Source: an uncultured Myxococcales bacterium (GTDB lineage Bacteria > Myxococcota_A > UBA9042). From it: a DNA stretch of 64,000 bases. The translations under genes were made by a program, and so were the position numbers. This document shows, one piece after another, positions 1 to 10,203 of this stretch. The notes beneath the pieces are model-generated. The model searched no databases and had not been told where the DNA came from. It worked only from the letters and a program-made list of their open reading frames with translations. The stretch covers positions 9,220 through 73,219 of the forward strand of contig CAIYWC010000039.1 in NCBI GenBank assembly GCA_903929795.1, read 5' to 3'. Numbering within the stretch: the stretch's first letter is position 1; each line of letters opens with the position of its first letter.

Positions 1-475
1 GCAGGCAATGGACCGGCCCTTCCGCGCTGATGGTCGCCGTGCGCGGCTCCTTGGTGATCAGCGCCATTTCACCAAAGATTGCCGGCGCTTCCGCGATCTT
101 CTCAAAAATCACCACGCCGGCTGCGTCGCGCACCGCGATCCGCACCTTGCCGATGTCCAGCACGAACATGTGCTCGCCCGGCTCGCCTTGGGTCAGGATC
201 TGCTCGCCGCGCGCGAATTCCACCGGCTCCATCGCCGCCTGGAAGCGCGCCAGCGCGGATTCCTCCATCCCGGCAAACAGCGGCAGCCCCTGCCAGCGCG
301 CCACCGGCGCCTGACGGTCCGTCGGCGCGTCCATCAGGCCGTCAAACTGCTGGGTCAGCGAGTAGCCCGCGGACTTGCGCGCCGGCGGCGGCGGCGGAAT
401 CGCGGGCGGCGGCGCGGTCGGCGGCCCGCCCATCGCTTGGGTCACGTCGTGCGTCGATGCGGGCGGCTTGCTCAT
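1..475 (-). CDS. Cyclic nucleotide-binding (cNMP) domain protein, N-terminal part; 3' end lies beyond the window start
   Basis: Minus-strand translation from the ATG at 475 reads MSKPPAST...FAGMEESALARFQAAMEPVEFARGEQILTQGEPGEHMFVLDIGKVRIAVRDAAGVVIFEKIAEAPAIFGEMALITKEPRTATISAEG. This is the classic CAP/cNMP-binding motif FGEMAL...PRTAT. It is a paralogue of the cNMP domain in 1745..3380. It is absent from the ORF track because no in-window stop is reached. Confidence 0.7.
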   Translation of the reverse strand, partial: MSKPPASTHDVTQAMGGPPTAPPPAIPPPPPARKSAGYSLTQQFDGLMDAPTDRQAPVARWQGLPLFAGMEESALARFQAAMEPVEFARGEQILTQGEPGEHMFVLDIGKVRIAVRDAAGVVIFEKIAEAPAIFGEMALITKEPRTATISAEGPVHCL

Positions 476-541
476 GTTGGGCTCCAGCGTCAGGCGAGGC
501 ACGCGCGAGTGGACCGCAAGTTCAGGCGGCGCGCAAGCCCG

Positions 542-766
542 CTACTGCGCAACGCCGCGGATTACCACGAAAGTCCAAAACAGCAGCGCAACCGCCAGCA
601 CCGCGATGGTCGCGCCACAGCCCAGCAGCATCCAGCGCGCCACGAGCATGGGCGCCGGCTCCTCCACCTTGCCCGGCGGAATTGACGGCTTTTCAGGCAG
701 TTGCGTGGTTTCGTGCAGGTCGGTCATCGGGTTCTCTGGCGCGGCGATCGCGCGATGCGGGCCCAT
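542..766 (-). CDS. Small hypothetical membrane protein (one TM helix); start may instead be the internal Met (MTDL...)
   Basis: 74-aa ORF with a hydrophobic helix [25 protein letters not shown] and G/C-rich third codon positions. It lies 66 nt upstream and co-directional with the cNMP-domain gene. Confidence 0.3.
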   Translation of the reverse strand: MGPHRAIAAPENPMTDLHETTQLPEKPSIPPGKVEEPAPMLVARWMLLGCGATIAVLAVALLFWTFVVIRGVAQ

Positions 767-856
767 GCTCGCGCGGGCGCGCGGCCGGCGTCAAGACGCC
801 TTGCACGGCGGCCGGGGCCCTGCCACCATCGCCGCAACGTCTTGACGGAGCCCCGC

Positions 857-1708
857 ATGTCCACGCCGATTCTCGACCAGCACCTCGTGACCGATTTGAG
901 CGAGCGCCTGTCCTACCCGGGCTACCTGCAGCTCGACACGCTGCTGGCCGCGCAACAGCCGCTCTCGGACCCGCAGCACCACGACGAGCTGCTGTTCATC
1001 ATCCAGCACCAGACCACCGAGCTGTGGTTCAAGCTGGTGCTGCACGAACTGGCCGCCGCGCTGGACTACATCCGCCGCGACGAGCTGGAGCCGACTTTCA
1101 AAATCCTGTCGCGTATCAAGCACATCCAGGCGCAGCTGGTGGCCCAGTGGTCGGTGCTGGCGACGCTGACGCCGACGGAATACTGCCAGTTCCGCTACGT
1201 GCTGGGCCCGGCGAGCGGCTTCCAGTCGCCCCAGTACCGGCTTGTGGAGTTCATGCTGGGCAACAAGGACGAGCGGATGGTCGCCGTGCACCGGCACCGG
1301 CCGGCGGATTTTGCCCGGCTGACGGCGGCGCTGCAGGCGCCGAGCCTGTACGACGAATTCCTGCGCCACCTGGCGCGGCGGGGGCTGAACGTGCCGCCAG
1401 AAGTGCTGGAGCGCGACCTGTCGCAGCCGCACGTGCGGAGCTCTGCGTTGGTTGACGTTTTCAAAGTTATCTATGCGAATCCACAGGCACATTGGGATGC
1501 CTACGAAATGTGCGAGAAGCTCATCGACATCGACGAGCACTTCCAGATTTGGCGCTTCCGGCACATGAAGGTCGTCGAGCGCGTCATCGGCATGAAGCGC
1601 GGCACCGGCGGCACAAGCGGCGTGGGCTACCTGCGGCACATGCTCGACGCGCAGCTGTTCCCGGAGATCTGGGACGTGCGGACGGAACTGGGCGAGGTTG
1701 GGCGCTAG
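857..1708 (+). CDS. kynA: Tryptophan 2,3-dioxygenase
   Basis: [38 protein letters not shown]...[18 protein letters not shown]...[27 protein letters not shown] is a typical TDO sequence. ATG at 857 is preceded by the RBS gacggag. The upstream part of the 701..1708 ORF is R-rich non-coding extension. Confidence 0.9.
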   Translation: MSTPILDQHLVTDLSERLSYPGYLQLDTLLAAQQPLSDPQHHDELLFIIQHQTTELWFKLVLHELAAALDYIRRDELEPTFKILSRIKHIQAQLVAQWSVLATLTPTEYCQFRYVLGPASGFQSPQYRLVEFMLGNKDERMVAVHRHRPADFARLTAALQAPSLYDEFLRHLARRGLNVPPEVLERDLSQPHVRSSALVDVFKVIYANPQAHWDAYEMCEKLIDIDEHFQIWRFRHMKVVERVIGMKRGTGGTSGVGYLRHMLDAQLFPEIWDVRTELGEVGR

Positions 1709-1744
1709 GACGCGTTTGAGTTGTTCCTGCGCGGGCGCTAACCC

Positions 1745-3380
1745 TTAGGTTTCCTTGGCTTCCCGCGAAGTCTGGTGCGCGTGCAGCAGGGTCACGCCCG
1801 CCTGGTTGTGCAAGCGCTTCTCCAGATCCGCGAGCGCGTCGGCGACCATCTGGCGCCGGCTCGGGTGGTACGAGATCGCCACCGTCGACAGCTCAATGCG
1901 GTGGACGACCGGCAGATCCGCCGCGAGCTGCAGGAACGCAACTGCCTCAGAACAATCGACAAATCGGTCTTCCGGCTTCTTGGCCGTCGCCCGCAGGATG
2001 AATTCCCGCAAGTCATCGGGCAGATCCCGGACCTTGGCGCGCGGATCCGGCGTCGGCGCGACGAGATGCAAATCCAGAAGTTCTTCAATCGTCTCTGCGT
2101 CAAATGGCACGTCATGCGTCACCAATTCGTAGGCAAGAATGCCCAGCGAATAGAGATCCGACCGTCCATCGAGCTTGTTGCCGAGGATCTGCTCCGGCGA
2201 CATGTAATACGGCGTGCCCATCAGCGTGTTGCCGCCATGCGCAGACGCCTCCGCCGACACCGCGATGCCGAAATCCAGCAGTTTGACACGCCGGTCGTCC
2301 GCGGTCAGGAACACGTTGGACGGCTTGATGTCGCGGTGCAGCAGCCCGCGCGCGTGCGAGTACGCCAGCGCCGACGCGATCTCGCGCAAAATACGCCGCA
2401 CCGTGCCCCAATTCAGCTGCGTCTTGTTGCGGATCACGTCGTCCAGCGTCAGACCGGACAGCTTCTCCATGACGATGAAGTGCGTGCCGTACGCTTTCTC
2501 CGTGTCGTACACGCGCACGATATTCTCGTGGTCCAGCTTGGCAACCAGCTTGGCTTCTTCCTGGAATTGCCGAGCGAATTTCGGATGATACACCAGCGCG
2601 TGCGACAGCATCTTCAGCGCGACGTTGCGGCCCAGGCCGGGATGCAGCGCCTCGAACACCGTCGCGACGGCGCCCGCGCCCAGCCGACCGACGACCTGAT
2701 ACTTGCCAACATGCTGGATCGATTGCGATTCCAGCAGGCGATCGCCCACGGCCCGCGTCAGGAACGCCGCGATGTGCGGATTTTTCTGCACAAGCTCGTC
2801 AAACGCCGCCCGCGACACGCGCAGGCACCGCACGTCGCCCTCCGCCGTCACCGTGGCGTTGCGCGGCGTCGCGGTAATCAGCGCCATCTCGCCAAACAGC
2901 GCGGGCGCGTTCAGCAGCCGCTCAAAATGCGTGTCGGATTTCGCAACATCCACGCGCACTTGGCCCTGATCGAGCAGGTACATCGCGTCCGCCACTTCGC
3001 CCTGGCGCACGATCGAGTCACCTTGGACAAACTTGACCGGCTCCATGACCGCGCGCAATTCGTCGATCGCGACCGCCGTCATGGTGCGAAACACTTCCAA
3101 ATCCGCCCAGTTGGGCCGGCCGAGCTCGTCCACACGCGTCTCGCGCAGCCGCTGTTGCGAGGAAGTGCGCTGGCGCGGCGCCATCGCCGGCGCGGGCATC
3201 ATGCTCGGCATTCCGCTGATGTGCACGGGCGAGGCCGCCACCGGCGCGAACGGCGACTCGCGGTAGGACTGCGGCGGTGTGCCCGACGGCGGCATCGGCG
3301 GAATGAACGCGATCGGCCGGGTCTCCGGCGGCTTGTCATGCGCGGTTGTCTCGGCGAGGGTTTTGGGATCGGTCGACATG
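1745..3380 (-). CDS. Ser/Thr protein kinase with N-terminal cNMP-binding domain
   Basis: N-terminus has LFGEMALITATPRNATVTAEGDVRCLRVSRAAFDELV (cNMP binding). The kinase core follows: VGRLGAGAVATVFEA...VALKML...HRDIKPSNVFL...DFGIA...GTPYYMSPE. Start assigned to the ATG at 3380 (MSTDPKTL). Upstream Mets in the 641-aa ORF are in a low-quality Pro/Ala stretch. Confidence 0.85.
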
Positions 3381-3512
3381 GCACCCCGGACGTGAGGCCC
3401 GCAGCGTAGCGCGCCCAGCGACGTGCCGCAAACCTTCGACGGCAAACGGCGAATCAACCAAGGCTTGCCAGCGCGCGCAGACCTGAGCATCCTGTGAGCA
3501 AGCACGGCGAGG

Positions 3513-5306
3513 ATGCCGGCACGGATCACGGGAATGGCGCGACAAACCGATGCACTGCGATGGCCAGTTGCCGCGCTGAACGCCAAGCTGGTCCGGCTTC
3601 TGGTGGCGTCGCTGCTGCTGGTGACTGCGCTGCCGGCGCTCGCCGATGACGAAAGCGATTTTCGCGCCAAGCCGACGGCTGCCCTGGCGGAGAAGATCGC
3701 GCGCGCGGCGCTGGCCCGCGATCAGGTCGGCAAGGCGATGAACTGGACCGAGCGCGTGAGCCAGACACCCGGCGCGACGCTGGCGCAGCTGAACTGGGCG
3801 ATCAAGATGCGCACGGACCTGCGCTGGCGGCTCAACGACGCGCACATCGCCGCGGTGCAGCTGCGCGTCAGCCCGGCGTCGGCGGACGTGATCATCGACG
3901 GCGTGCAAGTGCCCTTCCACACAGGGATGCACACGCTCTGGCTGCCCGAAGGCGTGCACCAGGCCGAGGTGATCGCGCTGGATCACGCGACGCAGACGCA
4001 GTCGATTGGTGCGCGGCTGGGTGAACGGGAAGTTTATGAAATCACGCTGGAATACTCCAAGCCGCCGGTGCTGCAGGTCCACATGATTCCGGACGGCGAA
4101 GTGTGGCTGAACGGCGCGCCGCTGGGGCCGTCTACCAAGGTGCGGTTCGTGGTTGGATCGGGCCGGCACCTGATCGAGCTGCGGGCACCCGGCTACCTGA
4201 GCTGGCAGCAGGAGATGACGCTGAAAACCGGTGACGTGAAATTCCTGGACGTGCAGCTCAAGCCCAACGTGCCGCCGCCGGACCCGGAGCTGGCGCACCG
4301 CGCGCATCAGGTGGACCGGCCGCTGCTGCCGTCGGAAGTGAGTCAGCAGCGCGACCGCGTGTTCAATCACATCGAGGTGAGCGGCTCGAAGCTGGACAAG
4401 TCAATGGGCACCCACGCGGCGGCGGACGCGGCGTCGCCGGAGAGCCAGCGCAAGGCGCGCGAGCAGGAAGTGGCCAAGAGCAAAGCCGCGCCCAAGCCGG
4501 ATGAGCCGGTGGAAGTGGCCGGGAAGGCACGGGAAGCGGCGCCTGCCGAGCAGCCGCGGGTGACCGAGCGACCGCGCGAGGAGGCGCGAGCGGAGAAGCC
4601 GCGCGAAGTTGCGGAGCGCCCGGTGCAGCGTGTGCCGGACCGGATCGAGCCGGACACCGGCGTGACGGAGCCTGCCACGCCGTCGGGTCCGTGGTTCTCG
4701 CGCACGACCAAGGGCTGGCTCTACGGCGGCGCGGGACTTGCGGCGGTGGGCGCCGGGCTGGTGCTGGCCTACATGGGCACGCAGGATGCGGAAACCGCGA
4801 ACCAGGAGCCGCGCGGCGCCAAGACCTATGCTGACGACTACAACGCCGCGGCGGGCAAGACGTACGTCGGCTACGCGGCGGCGGGCCTGGGCGTGGTCGG
4901 CGTGGGCGTCGGGTCGTACTACCTGTTTGGCAACGGCGGGTTGGGCCGCAAAGGCAAGGGCTGGGTCGTCACGACCTTGGGCGCACTGACGGCGGCGGCA
5001 GGCGGCTGGCTCGTCATGGACGCCGTCACGCTGGCGTCCAACACGGACGCGACCTTGACGCCCAGCAATCCGGAATACACGCGGCGCTTTGACCTCGCGG
5101 AGCGCAACCGCTGGATCGGGATCGGCGTCGCAGGTGCGGGCGCGGTGCTGGTGGGAACCGGCCTGGCGCTCGTGCTGTCGGCGCCGTCGTCCAGCGCGCA
5201 GCAGGAGCCGCTGCCGTCACCCGTTCAGCGGCCGGCGCTGGCGTGGCAGCTGCAGCCCTGGATCGGCGGAACGGCGACGGGCGCCAGTTTGGCGGTCGGC
5301 TGGTAG
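3513..5306 (+). CDS. PEGA-domain protein with signal peptide, charged low-complexity linker and Gly-rich multi-TM C-terminus
   Basis: Signal-like N-terminus LLVASLLLVTALPALA. PEGA-type segments (VWLNGAPLGPSTKVRFVVGSGRHLIELRAPGYLSWQQEMTLKTGDVKFLDVQLKP). E/R/K/P-rich linker. Four hydrophobic Gly-rich helices follow. The alternative start at 3534 is not excluded. Confidence 0.6.
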   Translation: MPARITGMARQTDALRWPVAALNAKLVRLLVASLLLVTALPALADDESDFRAKPTAALAEKIARAALARDQVGKAMNWTERVSQTPGATLAQLNWAIKMRTDLRWRLNDAHIAAVQLRVSPASADVIIDGVQVPFHTGMHTLWLPEGVHQAEVIALDHATQTQSIGARLGEREVYEITLEYSKPPVLQVHMIPDGEVWLNGAPLGPSTKVRFVVGSGRHLIELRAPGYLSWQQEMTLKTGDVKFLDVQLKPNVPPPDPELAHRAHQVDRPLLPSEVSQQRDRVFNHIEVSGSKLDKSMGTHAAADAASPESQRKAREQEVAKSKAAPKPDEPVEVAGKAREAAPAEQPRVTERPREEARAEKPREVAERPVQRVPDRIEPDTGVTEPATPSGPWFSRTTKGWLYGGAGLAAVGAGLVLAYMGTQDAETANQEPRGAKTYADDYNAAAGKTYVGYAAAGLGVVGVGVGSYYLFGNGGLGRKGKGWVVTTLGALTAAAGGWLVMDAVTLASNTDATLTPSNPEYTRRFDLAERNRWIGIGVAGAGAVLVGTGLALVLSAPSSSAQQEPLPSPVQRPALAWQLQPWIGGTATGASLAVGW

Positions 5307-5419
5307 CTGCGCGTCCCGCTCGCGCCGAACCGCCCGCACGCTTTTGCCCGCCCACCGCAGCAATTCCCTTGACGCCGGCGGCGGCGATTGGGCATGCTGG
5401 TCCGCCTACCGGAGTTTCC

Positions 5420-8400
5420 ATGTCCTTGATTTTGCCCCGCATTGCCTCTGCTGCACGGGCGCTCGTCGCGGCCTGTGCCTTGCTCGCTGCGTGCGGTGAA
5501 TCGCCCAGCGCCCTGAACGCGACGGTTGTCGCCGATATCGCCGCTGACGTCGCCGGCCTTGCCGATACCGCCTCCACGACCACGGCCGACGCCGCCGGAA
5601 CGGACGCAGCCGCCGCGGATGCCCGCCCGGACGTCGCGCCGGATGCCATCGAACCCGAGGATGCGCTGCCAGATGCCGCCGAACCGGATGCCGCGCTGCC
5701 AGATAGCGCGGAACTTGATGCCGCGCTGCCAGATGCCGCCGAACCGGATGCAGCGGCCGACGCGCCGGCGGATGCGACACCCGACGCGATCGCGGACGCG
5801 GTCGAGCCAGCCGACGCCGACGACGTGCCAGACGCGGCGCCGGGCCCGGATGCGGTCGATGCAGTCGACGTCGCGGCGCAGCCAACCTGCACGACCGACG
5901 GCGATTGTGCTGGAAAGACACCGTATTGCGACGCGAGCGGCGCGTGCGCGGCCTGCGTGTTCAACGCGCAGTGCCCCGGCGACGGCGCGTTTTGCAGCAA
6001 CGGCACGTGCAGCGCCGCCGTGAACTGCGTCTCGGACAAGGAGTGCACGGCGCTTGGCGCGGTTTGCGACATCCCGGCTGGCGTCTGCCGCAACTGCCTG
6101 ACCGCCGCCGATTGCAGCCAGGGCCAGTCGTGCAACGCCCACCAGTGCGTCGCCAGCACGCCATGCCTGAGCTCCAAGCAATGCCCGGGGGCACTGATCT
6201 GCGTGGCGGGCACCTGCGTCGTGTGCGGCGCGGATTCGGACTGCCTGACCGGACAATTCTGCAGCCAAAACATCTGCTTGCAAGACATCTGCCAGCCCGG
6301 CGCGCACTGCGAACTGAACGCCGTCGCGACCTGCCAGGCCAACGGCGGCGGCTGGACCTACGCGGACTGCGGCCTGACCGCGATTTGCCTGAACGCAGCG
6401 TGCGCGCCGGTTGTTTGCACGCCTGGCGCGGTCACCTGCCAAACCGGCAGCGTCGCCACGTGCAACGCCACCGGCACGCAAGTGTCGCTCAGCGCGTGCC
6501 CGGGCGGCCAAACCTGCGTCGGCAAGGGCTGCATCGCGGTAATCTGCGCGGCCGGCGATCTGAAATGCGACGCGTCCGGCGGCCTACTGACCTGCAGCGC
6601 GGACGGCACGCAATGGCTTGGCTCCACGTGCCAGTCCGGCTTCGCGTGCGCGGCGGGCGCATGCCAGCCGCAGATCTGCGTGCCCGGTGCCGCGACCTGC
6701 AGCGGCGACAAACTTCTGACGTGCACCAGCCTGGGCCTGTCCTGGAGCGTCGCCGCGACCTGCAGCGACACGGGCCAGGTCTGCCTGACCGACAAGTGCG
6801 TCAGCAGCGTGTGCACCGCCGGCCAGCTGCAATGCGCCGGGACCAGCCAGGCCAAATGCAACGCCGACGGCCTGGGCTGGACCACGACCAGCTGCGATGA
6901 CAACAATGGCTGCACCAACGACACCTGCAACCCGGTCAGCGCCGCCTGCGCGCACACCGCCATCAGCTGCGACGACGGCAACAGCTGCACGACCGACAGC
7001 TGCAGCGGCACCTGCCAGCACCTGGCGCTCAGCGGCCCGGCGTGCGACGACGGCAACGCGTGCACGACCGGCGAGGTCTGCACCGGCGGCATCTGCGCGC
7101 CTCCGTCCGGCGCGACGGGCGTCTCGACGGTCGCCGGCAGCGGCACCGCGGGCAACGTCAACGGCCCCGGCTCCAGCGCCAGCTTTGGCCGGCCCTACGG
7201 TCTGACGCGCCTCGCCGACGGCAGCTTCGTCATCACCGAATATGACACCCACCGCTTGCGGCGCATCCAGGCGGACGGCACGGTCAGCGCGCTCGCGGGC
7301 ACGGGCAGCGCGGGCGCGGCGGACGGCCTCGCCGCCAGCGCCACTTTTGACAACCCGACAAGCGTCGCCGCCGACGCCGCGGGCAACCTCTTCATCGCCG
7401 ACCTCGCCAACAGCCGCATCCGCGAGCTCAGCGGCGGCAGCGTCAGCACGTTCGCCGGCGGCACCGCGGGCTTCAAGGATGACGTCGGCACCGCCGCGCA
7501 GTTCACCAACGTCCAGGACATCAAGTTCGACGCCGGTGAAGTCCTCTGGGCGGCCGATCGCGGCAACCACCGCGTCCGCCGCATCGCTGCCGACGGCACC
7601 GTCACGACCGCGGCCGGCACCGGCGTACCCGGCTACCTCGACGGCTCGGCGGCGCAGGCGCAATTCAACGAGCCGTGCCGCATCGCGCCCGCCGCGGACG
7701 GCAGCGTCTACATCGCCGACTGCAGCAACTACCGCATCCGCAAGCTCAGCGCCGACGGCACAACGGTCAGCACAGTCAGCGGCTCCGGCAGCGGCTTTTT
7801 GGACGGCGTCGGCAGCAGCGCCAAGTTCGGCTGGATCGGCGGGTTGGCGTGGCTCGGCGGCACGCTGATCGTCAGCGACAACGCGAACAACCGCATCCGC
7901 GCGGTCGCCGGCGACGGCAGCGTCAGCACCCTGGCCGGCAGCGGCGCGGCGGGGTACGTCGACGGCGTGCCCAGCTCCGCGGCATTCAGCGCGCAATGGA
8001 ACGTCGCGCCCGACTGGAGCGGCGCCCTTTGGGTGGCCGACGGCGCCAACCAGCGCATCCGCAAGCTGTCTTTTGCCACCCTGCTCTGCAACGACGGCAA
8101 CACGTGTACGACCGACGCGTGCGGCGCCCAGGGCTGCGTCTTTACGCCGGTGGGCAACGGCGCGGCCTGCAGCGACGGCAACGCCTGCACAAGCAACGAC
8201 GCCTGCACCGCCGGCCAGTGCCAGCCCGGCAGCGCGGCGACGGTCTGCGACGACCAAAACCCGTGCACCATCGACTTCTGCAACCCATTGACCGGAAATT
8301 GTGTTTTCAACGCCACGAGCGGACCGTGCCAGGACAACAACCTCTGCACGACCGGTGAGCATTGCGTCAGCGGCGCGTGCATCGCGGACACGGCCACGCT

Positions 8401-10138
8401 CGTGACCTTCGCCGGCGCCGCGACGGCTGGCTTTGTCGACGGCGCACCCGCGGACGCACGCTTCAACGCGGCGTTCGGCCTCGCCTTGACCAAGAGCGGC
8501 GGCACGTACGTCAGCGACGCGGGCGGCAACCGCATCCGGCTGGTCAGCGCGAACGGCACCACGTCCACGGTCGCCGGGACCGGCATCGCGGGCTTTCTCG
8601 ACGGCGCAGCCACCACCGCCCAGTTCAACAACCCGACGCGGATGGTCCTGAACGCCCAGGGCGACCTGCTCATCGCGGACGGCGTGAACAACCGCATCCG
8701 CAAGCTCAGCGGCACGACCGTCAGCACGGTCGCCGGCAGCGGCACCGCGGGCTTCTTGGACGGCGCCGGCAGCAGCGCGCAGTTCAACTCGCCGTTTGGC
8801 CTCGCGCTCCTCGGCAGCGGCGTCCTCTACGTAGCCGACTCCGGCAACCACCGCATCCGCACCGTCGCCGCGAACGGCACGGTCGGCACCTTGGCCGGCA
8901 GCAGCACCGCCGGCAACACCGACGGCAGCACCGCCAGCGCCACGTTCAACTCCCCGCGCGGCCTCTGTCAGGCCAGCAACGGCACGCTCTACGTCGTCGA
9001 CACGCTGAACCACAACGTCCGGCGCATCCTCGGCGGCCAGGTCAGCACGCTCGCCGGTAGCGGCACCGCGGGCTCAGCCGACGGCACCGGCACCGCCGCG
9101 TCGTTCAACCAGCCGCGCGACTGCACCGTCGACCCTTCGGGCAACGTCTACGTCACCGACACGTTCAACAACCGGTTGCGCCGCATCACGCCCACCGGCG
9201 TGGTCAGCACCGTCGCCGGCAGCACCATCGGCAACGGCAGCTACTTGACCGGCACCGACGGCGCCGCGCTCACGTCCGTGCTCGCGTACCCGGCCGTGCC
9301 CGCGTGGGCGTCCGGCGGCGTCATCTGGATTGCCGACAACAACGCGATCCGCAAGTTCATCCCCGCCAACGTCGACTGCAGCGACGGCCTGCCCTGCACA
9401 ACCGACGTCTGCAACGGCAGCACCGGCGCGTGCGTCAACGTCCCGACGCCCACCGGCGGCGCGTGCATCGACGGCAAGCTCTGCGTGCTGAACGAGACCT
9501 GCACCGGCGGCGTCTGCGGCGGCGGGACCGCCAACACTTGCGACGACGGCGACAAGTGCACCATCGACAGCTGCAGCGCGACCGCGGGCTGTCAGCACGT
9601 CAAGTCGACGACGCTGCCCGGCTGCTGCAACCCCAGCTTGTTCCAGACCGGCTTCGAGGGCGACAACGGCAACGGCATCGCGCTCACGCAGGCCGCCGGC
9701 ACGACGATGGGCTGGGCCATCGGCACGTCGTCCAAGGCGCATACCGGCAGCGGCGCGATGTCCATCACCACGCTGAACAGCAACGGCACGGCCACCGCGA
9801 CGCTGCCCAACCTGATGCTGCCCGCCGGCGCGTCGACGCTCTCCTTTTGGCTCTACTACGATGCGGTTCCGGACACCTGCGACTCCATCTTCACGTCACC
9901 CTGCGGCACCGCGACGTTTGAGCTGCTGGTCAACGGCGTGCAGGTCAGCGCGCAGTCCGTCGCCACCGGCGGCTGGATCCAGGTCACCGTCAGCAGTTCG
10001 CTGATCGGCGGCACGGCGCCCACCGTGCAGCTGGTCTTCGCCACGGCGGCTTCCACCAGCTTTTTCACCTACAACTACGCCAGCAGCGGCAGCGGCGTCT
10101 TTGTCGATGACATCCAGGTGACGTCGGCATGCCAATAA
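5420..10138 (+). CDS. Giant (1572 aa) lipoprotein with slime-mold-type Cys-rich repeats, about 14 NHL repeats and a C-terminal beta-sandwich-like domain
   Basis: ATG at 5420 after the RBS ggag. Lipoprotein signal MSLILPRIASAARALVAACALLAAC. Repeated CxDGNxCTxDxC units (CDDGNSCTTDSC, CNDGNTCTTDAC). Recurring NHL signature (F/Y)(V/I)AD..N.RIR(K/R)(L/I). The upstream part of ORF 5243..10138 is R-rich and not coding. Confidence 0.8.
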   Translation: MSLILPRIASAARALVAACALLAACGESPSALNATVVADIAADVAGLADTASTTTADAAGTDAAAADARPDVAPDAIEPEDALPDAAEPDAALPDSAELDAALPDAAEPDAAADAPADATPDAIADAVEPADADDVPDAAPGPDAVDAVDVAAQPTCTTDGDCAGKTPYCDASGACAACVFNAQCPGDGAFCSNGTCSAAVNCVSDKECTALGAVCDIPAGVCRNCLTAADCSQGQSCNAHQCVASTPCLSSKQCPGALICVAGTCVVCGADSDCLTGQFCSQNICLQDICQPGAHCELNAVATCQANGGGWTYADCGLTAICLNAACAPVVCTPGAVTCQTGSVATCNATGTQVSLSACPGGQTCVGKGCIAVICAAGDLKCDASGGLLTCSADGTQWLGSTCQSGFACAAGACQPQICVPGAATCSGDKLLTCTSLGLSWSVAATCSDTGQVCLTDKCVSSVCTAGQLQCAGTSQAKCNADGLGWTTTSCDDNNGCTNDTCNPVSAACAHTAISCDDGNSCTTDSCSGTCQHLALSGPACDDGNACTTGEVCTGGICAPPSGATGVSTVAGSGTAGNVNGPGSSASFGRPYGLTRLADGSFVITEYDTHRLRRIQADGTVSALAGTGSAGAADGLAASATFDNPTSVAADAAGNLFIADLANSRIRELSGGSVSTFAGGTAGFKDDVGTAAQFTNVQDIKFDAGEVLWAADRGNHRVRRIAADGTVTTAAGTGVPGYLDGSAAQAQFNEPCRIAPAADGSVYIADCSNYRIRKLSADGTTVSTVSGSGSGFLDGVGSSAKFGWIGGLAWLGGTLIVSDNANNRIRAVAGDGSVSTLAGSGAAGYVDGVPSSAAFSAQWNVAPDWSGALWVADGANQRIRKLSFATLLCNDGNTCTTDACGAQGCVFTPVGNGAACSDGNACTSNDACTAGQCQPGSAATVCDDQNPCTIDFCNPLTGNCVFNATSGPCQDNNLCTTGEHCVSGACIADTATLVTFAGAATAGFVDGAPADARFNAAFGLALTKSGGTYVSDAGGNRIRLVSANGTTSTVAGTGIAGFLDGAATTAQFNNPTRMVLNAQGDLLIADGVNNRIRKLSGTTVSTVAGSGTAGFLDGAGSSAQFNSPFGLALLGSGVLYVADSGNHRIRTVAANGTVGTLAGSSTAGNTDGSTASATFNSPRGLCQASNGTLYVVDTLNHNVRRILGGQVSTLAGSGTAGSADGTGTAASFNQPRDCTVDPSGNVYVTDTFNNRLRRITPTGVVSTVAGSTIGNGSYLTGTDGAALTSVLAYPAVPAWASGGVIWIADNNAIRKFIPANVDCSDGLPCTTDVCNGSTGACVNVPTPTGGACIDGKLCVLNETCTGGVCGGGTANTCDDGDKCTIDSCSATAGCQHVKSTTLPGCCNPSLFQTGFEGDNGNGIALTQAAGTTMGWAIGTSSKAHTGSGAMSITTLNSNGTATATLPNLMLPAGASTLSFWLYYDAVPDTCDSIFTSPCGTATFELLVNGVQVSAQSVATGGWIQVTVSSSLIGGTAPTVQLVFATAASTSFFTYNYASSGSGVFVDDIQVTSACQ
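5660..5760 (+). repeat. About 30-bp in-frame tandem repeat (about 3.5 copies) encoding DA(A)LPDAAEP in the N-terminal linker of the giant lipoprotein
   Basis: Seen directly: gatgcgctgccagatgccgccgaaccg / gatgccgcgctgccagatagcgcggaactt / gatgccgcgctgccagatgccgccgaaccg / gatgcagcg... Confidence 0.6.
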
Positions 10139-10203
10139 ATCGGACAGCGCGATAAACCGTGCTACCCTGCAAAAGGGGGCGGGGAGGCGCGCGGAGGTTC
10201 CGG

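Noticed and set aside
8-685. 225-aa plus-strand ORF at the window start
   Set aside because: It is antisense to the cNMP-domain gene, whose minus-strand translation shows the conserved FGEMAL...PRTAT motif. The plus-strand ORF has R-rich low-complexity composition.
6584-9013. 809-aa minus-strand ORF, plus other long antisense ORFs (1775..3409 +, 11567..13939 -, 15562..17724 +, 38508..43148 -, 5026..6342 -, 35316..36275 -)
   Set aside because: Each lies opposite a well-supported gene. Composition is Arg/Ala/Gly-dominated with no recognisable motifs. This is the expected stop-codon-poor antisense frame of about 70% GC DNA.
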